Shown: positions 49,235-59,271, counted from the whole stretch's first letter. The stretch is DNA of 63,623 bases, filler included, from an uncultured Methanosarcinales archaeon (GCA_964608065.1; 5 parts of 5 records of this genome joined end to end with filler, not necessarily neighbours in it), one strand, 5' to 3'. The notes: generated by a model from the letters alone, not told the origin. Numbers and translations: made by a program.

Positions 49235-49854
49235 AAAAACTGGAAAAACATTTAAGAATTCTTGCAGCTGGTGATCTCCACGGAGATACAAGTTTAGCAA
49301 AAAAATTAGCAGATAGGGCTGAAAAAGAAAAAGTTGACTTAGTCATACTTTGTGGAGATATCACAAGCTTTGAAACAAGCACAAAAGATTTAATCGGACC
49401 TTTTGTAAAAAAACATAAAAAAGTTTTATTAATACCTGGAAACCATGAATCTATTGCAACTGCTGACTTTCTAGCTCAACTATATGGTGTCAAAAATATA
49501 CACGGCTATTCTGTAAAATACAAGGATGTTGGCATATTTGGAGCTGGTGGAGCAAACATTGGATTAGAACAATTAGATGAAAAAGAGCTATATGATTTAC
49601 TAAAAAAAGGCTTTGACAAAATAAAATATCTGAAGAAAAGAATTATGGTTACACATGTACATCCAAAAGGAACTTTAATGGAAAAATTCACATCTATTTT
49701 TCCAGGAAGTAGTGGAATTAAAAAAGCTGTAGAAACATTAAAGCCAGATATACTTCTTTGCAGCCATGTGCATGAAGCAGAAGGTATTGAAGAAAAAATA
49801 GGAAAAACAAAAGTTATTAATGTGGGGAAAAAAGGGAAGATTATTGATATCTAA
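49231..49854 (+). CDS. Metallophosphoesterase (calcineurin-like)
   Basis: DLHG, GD, GNHE, TH, HVHE. Confidence 0.92.
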   Translation: MKKLEKHLRILAAGDLHGDTSLAKKLADRAEKEKVDLVILCGDITSFETSTKDLIGPFVKKHKKVLLIPGNHESIATADFLAQLYGVKNIHGYSVKYKDVGIFGAGGANIGLEQLDEKELYDLLKKGFDKIKYLKKRIMVTHVHPKGTLMEKFTSIFPGSSGIKKAVETLKPDILLCSHVHEAEGIEEKIGKTKVINVGKKGKIIDI

Positions 49855-49897
49855 TTCTACAGCAAAAGTTATAAATAACTTGTAATTCTTAGCTACG

Positions 49898-50242
49898 ATG
49901 AGAATTCCTAAAAAATATGGTCAATCAAGAATTGATAAATGTCCATTCTGTGATAAAACTGCAATAACACAAAATAATCAGGGAGTTCCTGTTTGTTCTC
50001 AGCATAAAAACAAAGAGCTTAATAATCTAAAATGTTTTTGTGGGGAATGGCTTGACCTAAAGATAAGTAAATATGGCGCGTATTTTCATTGTATGAATTG
50101 TGGTAATATTAGTTTTAAAAAAGGTATTGAATCAAATCCCCATATTAGTAAACATGAGATAGTTCCAAAGAAAAAAGAAAATAAAAAATCTTTAATTAAA
50201 CAAAAAGAGATGATAATAAGATCTGATGAATTAGATTTTTAA
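49898..50242 (+). CDS. Zinc-finger hypothetical protein
   Basis: CPFC..C..H and CxC..CxxC. Confidence 0.75.
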   Translation: MRIPKKYGQSRIDKCPFCDKTAITQNNQGVPVCSQHKNKELNNLKCFCGEWLDLKISKYGAYFHCMNCGNISFKKGIESNPHISKHEIVPKKKENKKSLIKQKEMIIRSDELDF

Positions 50243-51645
50243 CCTTTTAACACACCCATAGGCTCCATTCTAATTACTTTTTTAGAAATTCCAGAACCAT
50301 GAACTGTTTCTATTACATCCTCTACATCTTTGTATGCTAATGGTGCTTCTTCTGCTAATGACTTGAAATTTGTTGCCTTAGTAACAATACCTTTATGCTG
50401 CAACAGTTCATTGCTTATTTGTTCCCCTCTAAACTGCCTTAAAGCACCATGCCTTGACATTGCTCTTCCTGCACCATGCGCACTGCTTCCAAAAGTTTTT
50501 TCCATTGCTGTCTCTGTTCCTTTCAATATATAAGATGAAGTTCCCATTGAACCAGCAAGCAAAACTGGCTGGTCTGGAAATGATCTTGTAGCTCCTTTTC
50601 TATGGACAAATAATTTTCTTTTCTCACCATTGACAATATGTTCCTCTAGTTTCACAACATTATGGCATATTCCATAGATTGTATGCATTTCCATGTCCTG
50701 CCATGTTTTACCAAAAACTTTCTCAAAAGTCTCTCTAATCCATTGCGTCATAACCAATCTGTTTGTAAAAGAATAATTAACAGCGCATTTCATAGCTGCA
50801 AAATAATCCTGACCTTCTTGAGAATTTGCAGGAGCGCATACTAATTGATTGTCAGGAATCCATATTTTATATTTTTTTACAGCTTGTTCCTGTATTTTAA
50901 GATAATCAGAAGCAACCTGATGCCCTAATCCTCTGCTTCCGCAATGCAGCATTATCAAAACCTGATCTTTATCAGTAACACCCCATTCTTTGGCCTTATC
51001 ATCATAGATATTTGTTACTTTTTGTATTTCCAGAAAATGATTTCCTGCCCCTAAAGTACCTAATTGAGGTTTTCCTCTTTTCTTAGCTAAGTCTGAAACT
51101 TTTGAAGAATCTGCTCCTTCCATTTTTCCATTTTCTTCCATATTTTTCAAATCTTCTTTAACACCATAGCCATTTTTAACAGCCCATTCACAACCATTAA
51201 CTAAAACTTCATCTAATTCAGAATCATTTAATCTTAATTTCCCTTTACTTCCAACACCGCAAGGTACTTTATCAAATAAAGCTGGAACTAATTCTTTAAG
51301 TTTATCTTTAACTTCTTCATACGAAAGGCTTGTTCTTATGGAATTAACACCACAGTTTATATCAAAACCGCATAATCCTGATGAAATAATTCCTTCTTCA
51401 GCATCAAAAGCAGCTACAGCACCCATTGGCAGACCATATCCAAAATGCGCATCAGGTAGTGCAACTACTGGTTCAATAACACCTTGCAATGTACAAACAT
51501 TACTTAACTGCTCTATAGCTCCATCTTCCATAGCATCATATATTTTTTTATTTGCTATGAGTTTACCTGCTACTCTCATTTCCTTTCTTACTGCTTTTGG
51601 TAACAACCACTCGTAATCGTTTAATTTCTGCAGTTTATCTTTCAT
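50239..51645 (-). CDS. rtcB: RtcB RNA ligase
   Basis: PDAHFGYG, GFDINCG, GNHFLE, HCGSRG, HRKGAT, HGAGR. Confidence 0.97.
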   Translation of the reverse strand: MKDKLQKLNDYEWLLPKAVRKEMRVAGKLIANKKIYDAMEDGAIEQLSNVCTLQGVIEPVVALPDAHFGYGLPMGAVAAFDAEEGIISSGLCGFDINCGVNSIRTSLSYEEVKDKLKELVPALFDKVPCGVGSKGKLRLNDSELDEVLVNGCEWAVKNGYGVKEDLKNMEENGKMEGADSSKVSDLAKKRGKPQLGTLGAGNHFLEIQKVTNIYDDKAKEWGVTDKDQVLIMLHCGSRGLGHQVASDYLKIQEQAVKKYKIWIPDNQLVCAPANSQEGQDYFAAMKCAVNYSFTNRLVMTQWIRETFEKVFGKTWQDMEMHTIYGICHNVVKLEEHIVNGEKRKLFVHRKGATRSFPDQPVLLAGSMGTSSYILKGTETAMEKTFGSSAHGAGRAMSRHGALRQFRGEQISNELLQHKGIVTKATNFKSLAEEAPLAYKDVEDVIETVHGSGISKKVIRMEPMGVLKG

Positions 51646-51682
51646 ATTTATGTGTCTTATTTGACATAGATTTATTATTAGC

Positions 51683-51934
51683 TTATAAAGTTTTTGCTAA
51701 TTTATTAATAATTTTTTTGTTTAATAATTTATCTTCAACTAATTTCTTAACTTCATCTCTCTTTTGGACTGCAAGATAATAGTATATAGTCCCATAACCG
51801 TTCTTATTTTTATAAATCTTGGATTCGATATCATATTTTTCTTTTAATAAATTTGATAATTTTTCTAAGTTTTTTTTCACTATTGAAAAAATTACAATGA
51901 TATATGGCTTTCTAAATTTTGATTTTTCTTTCAT
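51683..51934 (-). pseudogene. Partial LAGLIDADG endonuclease-like domain
   Basis: 'LEKLSNLL...DIESKIY......YYLAV....V.KL' resembles a LAGLIDADG C-terminal half; N-terminal motif absent. Confidence 0.4.
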
Positions 51935-52028
51935 AAATTTTTTGATATCTAAATTAGAAAAATTCCAATTATAAATTAAAAAACTAAGAGAAATAGATGG
52001 TATTGATAAAACAAGAACTATGATTGTG

Positions 52029-52128
52029 NNNNNNNNNNNNNNNNNNNNNNNNNNNNNNNNNNNNNNNNNNNNTTAATTAATTAANNNNNNNNNNNNNNNN
52101 NNNNNNNNNNNNNNNNNNNNNNNNNNNN
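52029..52128. other. Artificial contig linker
   Basis: N-run containing TTAATTAATTAA. Confidence 0.99.
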
Positions 52129-52229
52129 AATATTACACAATCTTTTTTTTTTTAAGAATTATTCAAGTCTTGGGACAAACCCATTATTTTCAAAAAGTTT
52201 AAATAATACTCTAATCTATTATTTCCAAT

Positions 52230-52856
52230 ATGAAAAAAAGAGGTGACAAACATAATCATTTTCTAAAAGGTATAGTATTCATAATATCTATTATCACTAT
52301 ATTCTTAATTATTTCAAGTAATGTAAAAGAACCTATGATTGAAGAAGAGATTATAGAAGAAACCTCCCCTGAAATAGAAAAACTAGGAGAAGAATTTGTA
52401 GAAAAACCTATTGAAGAAGTTCCTGAAGAAACAGTAATTGAAGAAGAAGTTATAGAAGAAAAACCAAAAACATTCATCTCAGAAGAAGAATGTAAAGATG
52501 GAGTAATAAGTTTAAACTTAAACAATTTATATGAAGACAAAATAAATGTTAAATGGAGCACTTTTTTCTGCAGCGGAAAAATAATGGTAAGGCCTGGTTG
52601 TGATAAAGAAAGTTTAGAGCCAGGAGAAAGTACTTTCTGTAGTAATGTATGCAGTTTTCCAAGAAAAAACAGGATAAGAGTTGCAATAGCTATTTACAAG
52701 CACACAACTGTTGGAACTACAGTAGATTGTGGCTCTAATTTAGTAACTGGAAGTGCTGTAAAAGAACCATTTTATTATGGCTTTAATCCTATATTTTTTA
52801 TTGTTATGTTCTTTCTTTTATCATTTGTTTTTAATTATTACAGAGTCCACTATTAA
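52230..52856 (+). CDS. Membrane protein with acidic linker and Cys-containing domain
   Basis: TM helices at both ends, E-rich region. Confidence 0.75.
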   Translation: MKKRGDKHNHFLKGIVFIISIITIFLIISSNVKEPMIEEEIIEETSPEIEKLGEEFVEKPIEEVPEETVIEEEVIEEKPKTFISEEECKDGVISLNLNNLYEDKINVKWSTFFCSGKIMVRPGCDKESLEPGESTFCSNVCSFPRKNRIRVAIAIYKHTTVGTTVDCGSNLVTGSAVKEPFYYGFNPIFFIVMFFLLSFVFNYYRVHY

Positions 52857-52880
52857 AGTAATAATCAAAAGAAAAGGAAG

Positions 52881-53149
52881 AGGGTTGTTGCTGTAAACTC
52901 CAACTTATCCGAAGATAATCAATTAGTCTTTCTCTACTAATACATAACCCATGAAAACCAAATGTAAGCTTAGTTTTAGTATGTGTTTGGTTTAAATCTG
53001 ACGTTTAATCAAAGACTATTTTCCAAGATTATCTTACAATAACCTTAAAAAGTTTTCTTGATGTAATCAGATAAAAACTGACACATATTAGTTATATATC
53101 AATAAAGGGTGTCTAATTGTAAATGAATATCTACAGTAACTCACCCCCC
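52881..53149 (-). ncRNA. Candidate ~270-nt structured RNA of unknown family
   Basis: End-to-end closing helix, several internal helices, cUUCGg loop, upstream TATA, downstream U-tract, no ORF. Confidence 0.55.
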
Positions 53150-53347
53150 AAAGAATAAGGAAAGTGAAGCTTATATAAATATATTTTTAGTTTCTAAACT
53201 ATATTTTGCATTGAGCAATTACTAGATAATAGTATCTAAAGAAATCCACCCCCACATGTTTAATTTTTAGAAACAGGTTATTTATATAGTTTTCGCTCGT
53301 CGGTGTGGGAAAAAGTATACTATTTTGTTTTTTATTAATAATATTGA

Positions 53348-54121
53348 TTAGAAATAAACAAATTTTAAAGGTTTATCAGAAGCTGAAATCCTTACTTTAC
53401 AATATTTCTTCAATCTATATTCCTTACTAGTTGAATCTGCAACTATAATACAATCTTTTATCTCAGGTATTATTGTGATCTCGTTCTTTACAGTTCCTTT
53501 TAACAATTTATAGTTACAAATAATATTCCCATGATAAGGTTCACGAACAACAAACTGAATATCTTTTGAATGTGGATGTATTTTTTTTCCACCAGCTGAT
53601 TTATGCCATGCACTGGATCCTGCAGCAGTACTGACCAAAACTCCAGAGCTTTTCTGTAATTCTTTTTTACTATTAATCTTTAACCAATATCTAAAAACAT
53701 CATATGGCTTCTTACAACCTATATAGAATTCATTCAAAGCTAAATCATTTATCACCTTATTATTTATCTTAGCCTGTAACCTTGTTAATTTGATTATTTT
53801 ATATTTACTATTAATAATTTTCTTTAGATTTGATTCAAAATTTATTTTATTAGTTATCATAAAAAAACCTTCTTTTTTATTATGTTTAGCATTAACACCT
53901 AAGAAAGGAACATGATTCTTCAAAGCTAAAGCTGCTCTCAAAAAAGTTCCATCACCGCCTACAACTATAACTAAATCTTTCTTATTGTAATCACTTGTTT
54001 TAATCTTCTCTCTGATAACTTCTTTATAGTTTATATTATATTTATCTAAAACAGACTTAATTTTAGCCAAAGCTCCATGATTCTTCTGCATATATACTAG
54101 TAAAATGTTGTTTAACTTCAT
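53348..54121 (-). CDS. nadK: NAD kinase
   Basis: GGDGTFL, ALNE, SSG..VST..GSSAW..SAGG. Confidence 0.92.
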   Translation of the reverse strand: MKLNNILLVYMQKNHGALAKIKSVLDKYNINYKEVIREKIKTSDYNKKDLVIVVGGDGTFLRAALALKNHVPFLGVNAKHNKKEGFFMITNKINFESNLKKIINSKYKIIKLTRLQAKINNKVINDLALNEFYIGCKKPYDVFRYWLKINSKKELQKSSGVLVSTAAGSSAWHKSAGGKKIHPHSKDIQFVVREPYHGNIICNYKLLKGTVKNEITIIPEIKDCIIVADSTSKEYRLKKYCKVRISASDKPLKFVYF

Positions 54122-54263
54122 ATTGATTAAAGAGGTATTTGTTTTTATTTAAATTTTATTGATTTTTATCACTTATCCTAAGTTATACAAAAACGCAACA
54201 TTTATATATAAGGGGTATATCAATATGTATACTAATATAGTAATTCAAAAAAGAGGTGTTTAG

Positions 54264-54515
54264 ATGGAAAACATTGGAAAAACAGAAGATATAGAACAAT
54301 TCAAAAATGATGTTGATAATTGGGTCAAGGAATTAAGAAGCGACATACTAAAAACCAAAGAATTTAATGAAATTTTAGAAGAAAACGTAGGTAACACACA
54401 GCACAATTATGAAATTACTAAAAGCTTACAAGCAGAAATTGAAGACCTAAAACAAGAAGTAAGACTATTAAAAATATCTCAGATTGCTTTATTAAGAAAT
54501 GAAAGAAAAGGTTAA
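54264..54515 (+). CDS. Coiled-coil hypothetical protein
   Basis: GAGGTG RBS, heptad pattern. Confidence 0.7.
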   Translation: MENIGKTEDIEQFKNDVDNWVKELRSDILKTKEFNEILEENVGNTQHNYEITKSLQAEIEDLKQEVRLLKISQIALLRNERKG

Positions 54516-54802
54516 CCTGTTTCTATTTTTTTCATTACTTCATCTAAAGCTCTAAAAAGATTTCCAGCTGAAGACTGAGCTTCCTTAACATTTCCACCAT
54601 GGTACAACTGAACAACTAGCTCATTACTTTCCTTATTCTTCAAAGTCAGAACTAATTTCTCAAAATCACTGTGTTTTTCTGAGAAAGTCTTTACATAGAT
54701 TCCAACCATCTTCTTTACTATAACCATAGCTCCAGGCTCTATTTCATTAAACCCAGCTAGCTCAATATTTCCTCCAAGCTTTACTACATCTTCCTCTGCC
54801 AT
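54512..54802 (-). CDS. Hypothetical protein, possible HPF/RaiA-like fold
   Basis: GGTGA RBS; C-terminal 'NLFRALDEVMKKIE'. Confidence 0.6.
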   Translation of the reverse strand: MAEEDVVKLGGNIELAGFNEIEPGAMVIVKKMVGIYVKTFSEKHSDFEKLVLTLKNKESNELVVQLYHGGNVKEAQSSAGNLFRALDEVMKKIETG

Positions 54803-54916
54803 ATAAATCACCTTTTAGTTGGAAATATGTCATTATTTAAAAAGTTTACTGAAAGTTGTGCCTCAGTTCGCCCAGCTCTGAAGGGGAGAAACTTCGTTTA
54901 ACGCTTTATGTCAATC

Positions 54917-56095
54917 TTATCTACGTCTATGTGACCATTGTCTTCTTGGTCCTCTTCTCTCAGCATCTCTAACAGTAACAATCTTATTTAAATATGGCTT
55001 TTCCATCTTTTTAATAGAGAAGTCGCGATATTCATTAAGAATTCTTCCAAAATTATCATGATCATAATCACACAAAAGATTGACTGCTTTTCCTTCTTCC
55101 CCAGCTCTTGCAGTTCTGCCTATTCTATGGACATAATCTTTTGCGTCCTTTGGCAGTTCATAGTTATATATATGTGAAACATTGTCAATATGAAGTCCTC
55201 GGGCAGCAACATCAGTGCATACCAATATGCCTACTTTGGCATTGTTAAATGAATTAATAGTATTAGTTCTCTTGTTTTGCGCAAATCCTCCATGCATAGC
55301 TATTGCTTTGATATTATTCACTTTAAGGTTTTTAACAACAAAATCAGTTGATTTTCTGGAGTTACAAAAAACCATAACTAACCCTCTTTTTTCATTATGC
55401 AATAAATGAACTAATAAAGAAAATTTCAAGCTCCTTGGAACATCATAATAGACTTGTTTAAGCTTAGCTGGATCAACTTGTTTTTTAGCTAAAACTACAA
55501 TAGGTTTAACCATATGATGATTAGCTAATTTCTTGACATTTGATGAAATTGTAGCAGAAAAAAATAAAGTCTGTCTTTTACTTGGGCATTTTCTGATAAT
55601 TTTTTCTACATCCTGGATAAATCCCATATCAAACATACGGTCTGCTTCATCTAGTATAAGAATCTTAATTTTTGAAGTATCTATTGTGCCTCTTTGAAGA
55701 TGATCCAAAAGTCTTCCAGGTGTTGCTACAACAACCTCTGCTCTTGTTAAACCATCAATTTGAGGATTAATTGAAACTCCTCCATAAATAGCCATGATTT
55801 TGAGATGTTTCTGTTGCGAGAGCTGGATTAACATATCTTTCACCTGCTCTGCAAGCTCTCTTGTTGGTGTAAGTACAAGTGCTTGTATCCCTTTTCCAGG
55901 AATAGATTTATCTAAAATACCGCAGCCAAAAGCTAGTGTTTTGCCAGAACCAGTAGCTGACTCCCCTATTACATCCTTTCCTTCCATTATAGGAGGTATA
56001 GACTCTAATTGTATTTGTGTTGGTTCAGTTAATCCTAGTTTCTTAATAGCTGCTAATAGCTCACTGCTTAAATTAAATTGTTCAAATAAGTTCAT
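54917..56095 (-). CDS. DEAD-box RNA helicase
   Basis: ATGSGKT, PTRELA, TPGR, DEAD, SAT, HRIGRTAR. Confidence 0.97.
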   Translation of the reverse strand: MNLFEQFNLSSELLAAIKKLGLTEPTQIQLESIPPIMEGKDVIGESATGSGKTLAFGCGILDKSIPGKGIQALVLTPTRELAEQVKDMLIQLSQQKHLKIMAIYGGVSINPQIDGLTRAEVVVATPGRLLDHLQRGTIDTSKIKILILDEADRMFDMGFIQDVEKIIRKCPSKRQTLFFSATISSNVKKLANHHMVKPIVVLAKKQVDPAKLKQVYYDVPRSLKFSLLVHLLHNEKRGLVMVFCNSRKSTDFVVKNLKVNNIKAIAMHGGFAQNKRTNTINSFNNAKVGILVCTDVAARGLHIDNVSHIYNYELPKDAKDYVHRIGRTARAGEEGKAVNLLCDYDHDNFGRILNEYRDFSIKKMEKPYLNKIVTVRDAERRGPRRQWSHRRR

Positions 56096-56203
56096 TTTCT
56101 ACCTCATTTAGCACTTTTCTAGAAAAAAGCGAAATCATCAGGATACTGATCAAGTGCTCTTTCAATAATGCTTTAATAAAATGAAAAACAAAAAAAAAAT
56201 GAT

Positions 56204-56398
56204 TTATTCTTCTTTTGAAACATTAATAGCCTTTGGGCCTCTGTCTCCTTCTTCTACATCAAATGTAACTGCATCATTCTCATTTAAAGTGACGCCTTCT
56301 TTTAATCCTGATTGATGTACAAAAACTTCTTTTCCATCTTCAGCTGTAATAAAGCCGAATCCTTTCATTTGATTAAAAAATTTTACTGTTCCTTTCAT
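56204..56398 (-). CDS. cspA: Cold-shock protein
   Basis: [15 protein letters not shown]...EVFVH; GAGGAGG RBS. Confidence 0.95.
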   Translation of the reverse strand: MKGTVKFFNQMKGFGFITAEDGKEVFVHQSGLKEGVTLNENDAVTFDVEEGDRGPKAINVSKEE

Positions 56399-56576
56399 TG
56401 TTTTATTCCTCCTCATAACTATCTTTGTTTCTTATCGATTTTCAATTGACAATCATCGCAGTAGTTGTTCTTTGCTTCACTTTTATCAACAACAAACCTT
56501 TTTCTACACATTCTACAATATTTGACAATCCTGTAATCTACCATTTACTAGGGGAAAATAGAATCCTTTTTAAATG

Positions 56577-56668
56577 TGTCGGAAATGTAAAGCATTTCCG
56601 AGCATGCTCAAAAACCACTGTACACGTTTGCGATAAGCAACATGCTGCTAACTAAGTGGTTTTTGACA
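56577..56668 (+). repeat. Cloverleaf palindromic repeat, copy B
   Basis: TGTC-GGAAATG..CATTTCC-GAGCATGCTC-AAAAACCACT..AGTGGTTTTT-GACA. Confidence 0.9.
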
Positions 56669-56690
56669 CTTCTATTTTGTTAAAGAAAAA

Positions 56691-58340
56691 TTAAACCTTC
56701 CCAAACATCTCAGCAACCTTTTTCTTACCAATTGTCAAGATAAAAGGGGCTAGTTTAGGGCCTTTTTCTTTTGAAATCAAAACCTTATATGCTGCTGAAA
56801 AAAACTCTCCAGGAGTTATTCCTTCTTCTTTTATAATCTCATAGAACTCTTCAAACAATGTCTTCTCATCATATTTATTTTCTAATTTCTTAGATAAGAT
56901 ATGCAAACTTTTCTTCTGTTTTTCATCTAGTTCCAAATCTTTAGGAACTTCTTTATTCAAAGTAAACTTGTATTGCTCAGGAGCAAAATTATCCAACCAT
57001 TTTTTAGCAAAATCAATCCTTTCATTAATATATTCTGAATCTTCTTTTGACAATTTCTCAGGTAAATGTTTTAATTTCTGTAATAATGAAATTGATTTCT
57101 CTTTATTCAAAGCAACCTGTATTGTAGTTGCAGCTAAAGTAAAAGGAATCTGTGGAGGAATTTTCTTAGGTATTTTTCCTACATGAGATAGTTCATAGAT
57201 TCTCTTATGTTTCTGAACTTCATGAGGATTATTATTTTTTTCTTTTCCAAAATAAATTCTTTCAGTCTTATCAAACCTTTCATACAATAATATTAAATCA
57301 TTCTTTGTTACAGGATCAAAATCAATAACAGCCATAGGCCTTGTTGCAACTAACAAATATCTTAATATTTTAGCAGGAGCATATTCTGTTGAATCTACAA
57401 AACCAATACCTGTTCCTTTAGAAGTGCTCATCTTTCTTCCGCCAATTGTAAAAAACTCATAAGCTTTTCCTATTTTCTTTCTAGTGCTTGGATATGGTGG
57501 TGGGAAATTAAATATTTCGTCGGATATAGCAATAGCAATACTCCTGCTTCCACCAGGAGTAAAATGGTCTTTGCCAGCTAGCTCGCACATAACACCAACA
57601 GTAGGCCACTTAGCTGCCCATTCAACTTTCCAGGGAAACTTTCCATTACCATTATAAGGGCTGATTTCTCCTTCATGACCACAGCCTTTTGCCCATTCAA
57701 CTAAATCATCTGTACATCTATACTTCAAAACTTCTCTTTCTTTATCCCATTCATAAGCTAAAGTAGTTCCTATCTTTCCGCATTTCTCACAAACAGGATT
57801 AAAAGGCAACTTCTGTGGAGCTTTTCCATAAAATCTTTCATAAATATTATTAATTTTATCAGCATTATCCAGCACCTTTTTTATAACAGGGTTAAAATCA
57901 CCTTTATCATATCTTTCTCCAGTTTTTTCAATCTCTGCTTCTATCCCATATTCTTCAAACTTCTCAACACATTGCATAAAATAATACTCTGCAAAGCTTT
58001 CATAGCCTTTGACAGGGCTTGGTATGTTTCTGAATGGAACACCCAAGTACTGCTCAAATTTAGGGTCTAGATCAGCATTCATCTTATCAAAAGGATCAAT
58101 ATCATCAGAACTTAGTATAAATCTTCCTTTAAGCCCAATATCCCTCAATGCTTTAGCTATAACATCATGTATAACCCATCCTCTGCCAGAACCAATATGT
58201 ATTTTTCCAGAAGGAGTTTTCTCATCATAAACTATAAATCCCTTTTCTTTTGTTATTTTCTTTAGAGCTTCATCTGTTTCTGCTCTTCTCTTTAATTCCT
58301 GAGCTATCTGATCAGCCCAATGTAAGCTTTCTTTTGACAT
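56691..58340 (-). CDS. lysS: Lysine--tRNA ligase, class I
   Basis: HWAD, PSG.IHIG, W.VEW.A.W, GKDH, KMSTSKG, GPKL. Confidence 0.97.
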   Translation of the reverse strand: MSKESLHWADQIAQELKRRAETDEALKKITKEKGFIVYDEKTPSGKIHIGSGRGWVIHDVIAKALRDIGLKGRFILSSDDIDPFDKMNADLDPKFEQYLGVPFRNIPSPVKGYESFAEYYFMQCVEKFEEYGIEAEIEKTGERYDKGDFNPVIKKVLDNADKINNIYERFYGKAPQKLPFNPVCEKCGKIGTTLAYEWDKEREVLKYRCTDDLVEWAKGCGHEGEISPYNGNGKFPWKVEWAAKWPTVGVMCELAGKDHFTPGGSRSIAIAISDEIFNFPPPYPSTRKKIGKAYEFFTIGGRKMSTSKGTGIGFVDSTEYAPAKILRYLLVATRPMAVIDFDPVTKNDLILLYERFDKTERIYFGKEKNNNPHEVQKHKRIYELSHVGKIPKKIPPQIPFTLAATTIQVALNKEKSISLLQKLKHLPEKLSKEDSEYINERIDFAKKWLDNFAPEQYKFTLNKEVPKDLELDEKQKKSLHILSKKLENKYDEKTLFEEFYEIIKEEGITPGEFFSAAYKVLISKEKGPKLAPFILTIGKKKVAEMFGKV

Positions 58341-58394
58341 AGTATTTAGTGTTTTTATTTAAGTTATATAAATCTTTTTATAAACAGAAACCAA

Positions 58395-58442
58395 CAAAAA
58401 ACAAAATATGTTTTTTGAGGTTCCGAAAATGTAAAAATTTCG
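58395..58442. repeat. Degenerate double hairpin, possibly related to the cloverleaf repeat
   Basis: CAAAAAACA..TGTTTTTTG-AGGTTC-CGAAAAT..ATTTCG. Confidence 0.4.
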
Positions 58443-58491
58443 ATACATTTATTAACCAATTAATTCTAAATTCTTTAAAGGGGTGATTTTA

Positions 58492-59253
58492 ATGGCTATT
58501 TTTGGAATAGGATTAACAGGATTTCTAATATTTTGGGCAGTAGTATTATTTTTTAGTGCTTTAAAGATTGTCAAGCAATACGAACGTGGAGTTTTATTCA
58601 CATTAGGTAAATTTACAGGTGTTATGCAACCTGGTTTAAGATTAGTAATTCCAATAGTACAGCATTGGGATAAGGTAGATATTAGAGTTAAGGCAGTTGA
58701 TGTTGCTGCACAAGAAGCAGTGAGCAAGGATAATGTAAGCCTAAAAGTTAACGCAGTCCTTTACTTTAAAGTAAGAGACGCAGACAAAGCAATAATTGAG
58801 GTTGAACATTTTGCATATGCTGTAGCTCAACTAGCACAAACAACTATGAGGAATATAGTTGGACAGTTTGAATTAGACGAAATACTGCAAAAAAGAGATC
58901 AAATTTCTAAGAAAGTTCAGGAGATTGTTGACAAAGCAACAGATCCATGGGGTATTAAGGTAACAAATATTGAAGTCAAAGATATTGAATTACCAGAAGG
59001 AATGAAAAGAGCAATGGCAAAACAAGCTGAATCTGAAAGAGAAAGAAGAAGCAGAGTTATCTTAGCAACAGGTGAAGCTCAGGCAGCTGAAAAACTAGCA
59101 GAAGCTGGAAGGAAGATAGGAAAAGAGCCAGCAGCATTGCAATTGAGATTATTCCAGACAATGTCTGATATCGCATCAGAGAAAAACTCAACAATAATCT
59201 TGCCAGTACCAACTGAGTTGTTGGAATATTTTAGACGTGGGAATAAAAAATAA
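58492..59253 (+). CDS. SPFH/band-7 (stomatin-like) protein
   Basis: YERGV.F.LG, AQTTMR, WGIKV, QAESERERR. Confidence 0.95.
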   Translation: MAIFGIGLTGFLIFWAVVLFFSALKIVKQYERGVLFTLGKFTGVMQPGLRLVIPIVQHWDKVDIRVKAVDVAAQEAVSKDNVSLKVNAVLYFKVRDADKAIIEVEHFAYAVAQLAQTTMRNIVGQFELDEILQKRDQISKKVQEIVDKATDPWGIKVTNIEVKDIELPEGMKRAMAKQAESERERRSRVILATGEAQAAEKLAEAGRKIGKEPAALQLRLFQTMSDIASEKNSTIILPVPTELLEYFRRGNKK

Positions 59254-59271
59254 AAAAAAAAAGGTGATAAG

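Noticed and set aside
51683..52028. Mobile homing endonuclease or intein linked to rtcB
   Set aside because: rtcB is uninterrupted. The upstream piece lacks an N-terminal LAGLIDADG motif and abuts an opposite-strand Lrp/AsnC-like fragment (KLREIDGIDKTRTMIV) at the contig end, so decay or misassembly is more likely.
13360..52128. Four identical TTAATTAATTAA motifs inside N-runs
   Set aside because: Artificial linkers with stops in all frames. The complete contigs decrease in size (13039, 12717, 12613 bp), so order reflects sorting rather than biology.
52881..53149. Group I intron, SRP RNA, RNase P RNA or tmRNA identity for the structured region
   Set aside because: The P7-like strands (UAGUC, GACUA) are in the wrong order, there is no host gene, and SRP, RNase P and tRNA-like signatures are not visible.
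56110..56158. Hammerhead-like CUGAUGA...GAAA on the minus strand
   Set aside because: No stem II can form and the cleavage-site nucleotide would be G; treated as an ordinary hairpin.
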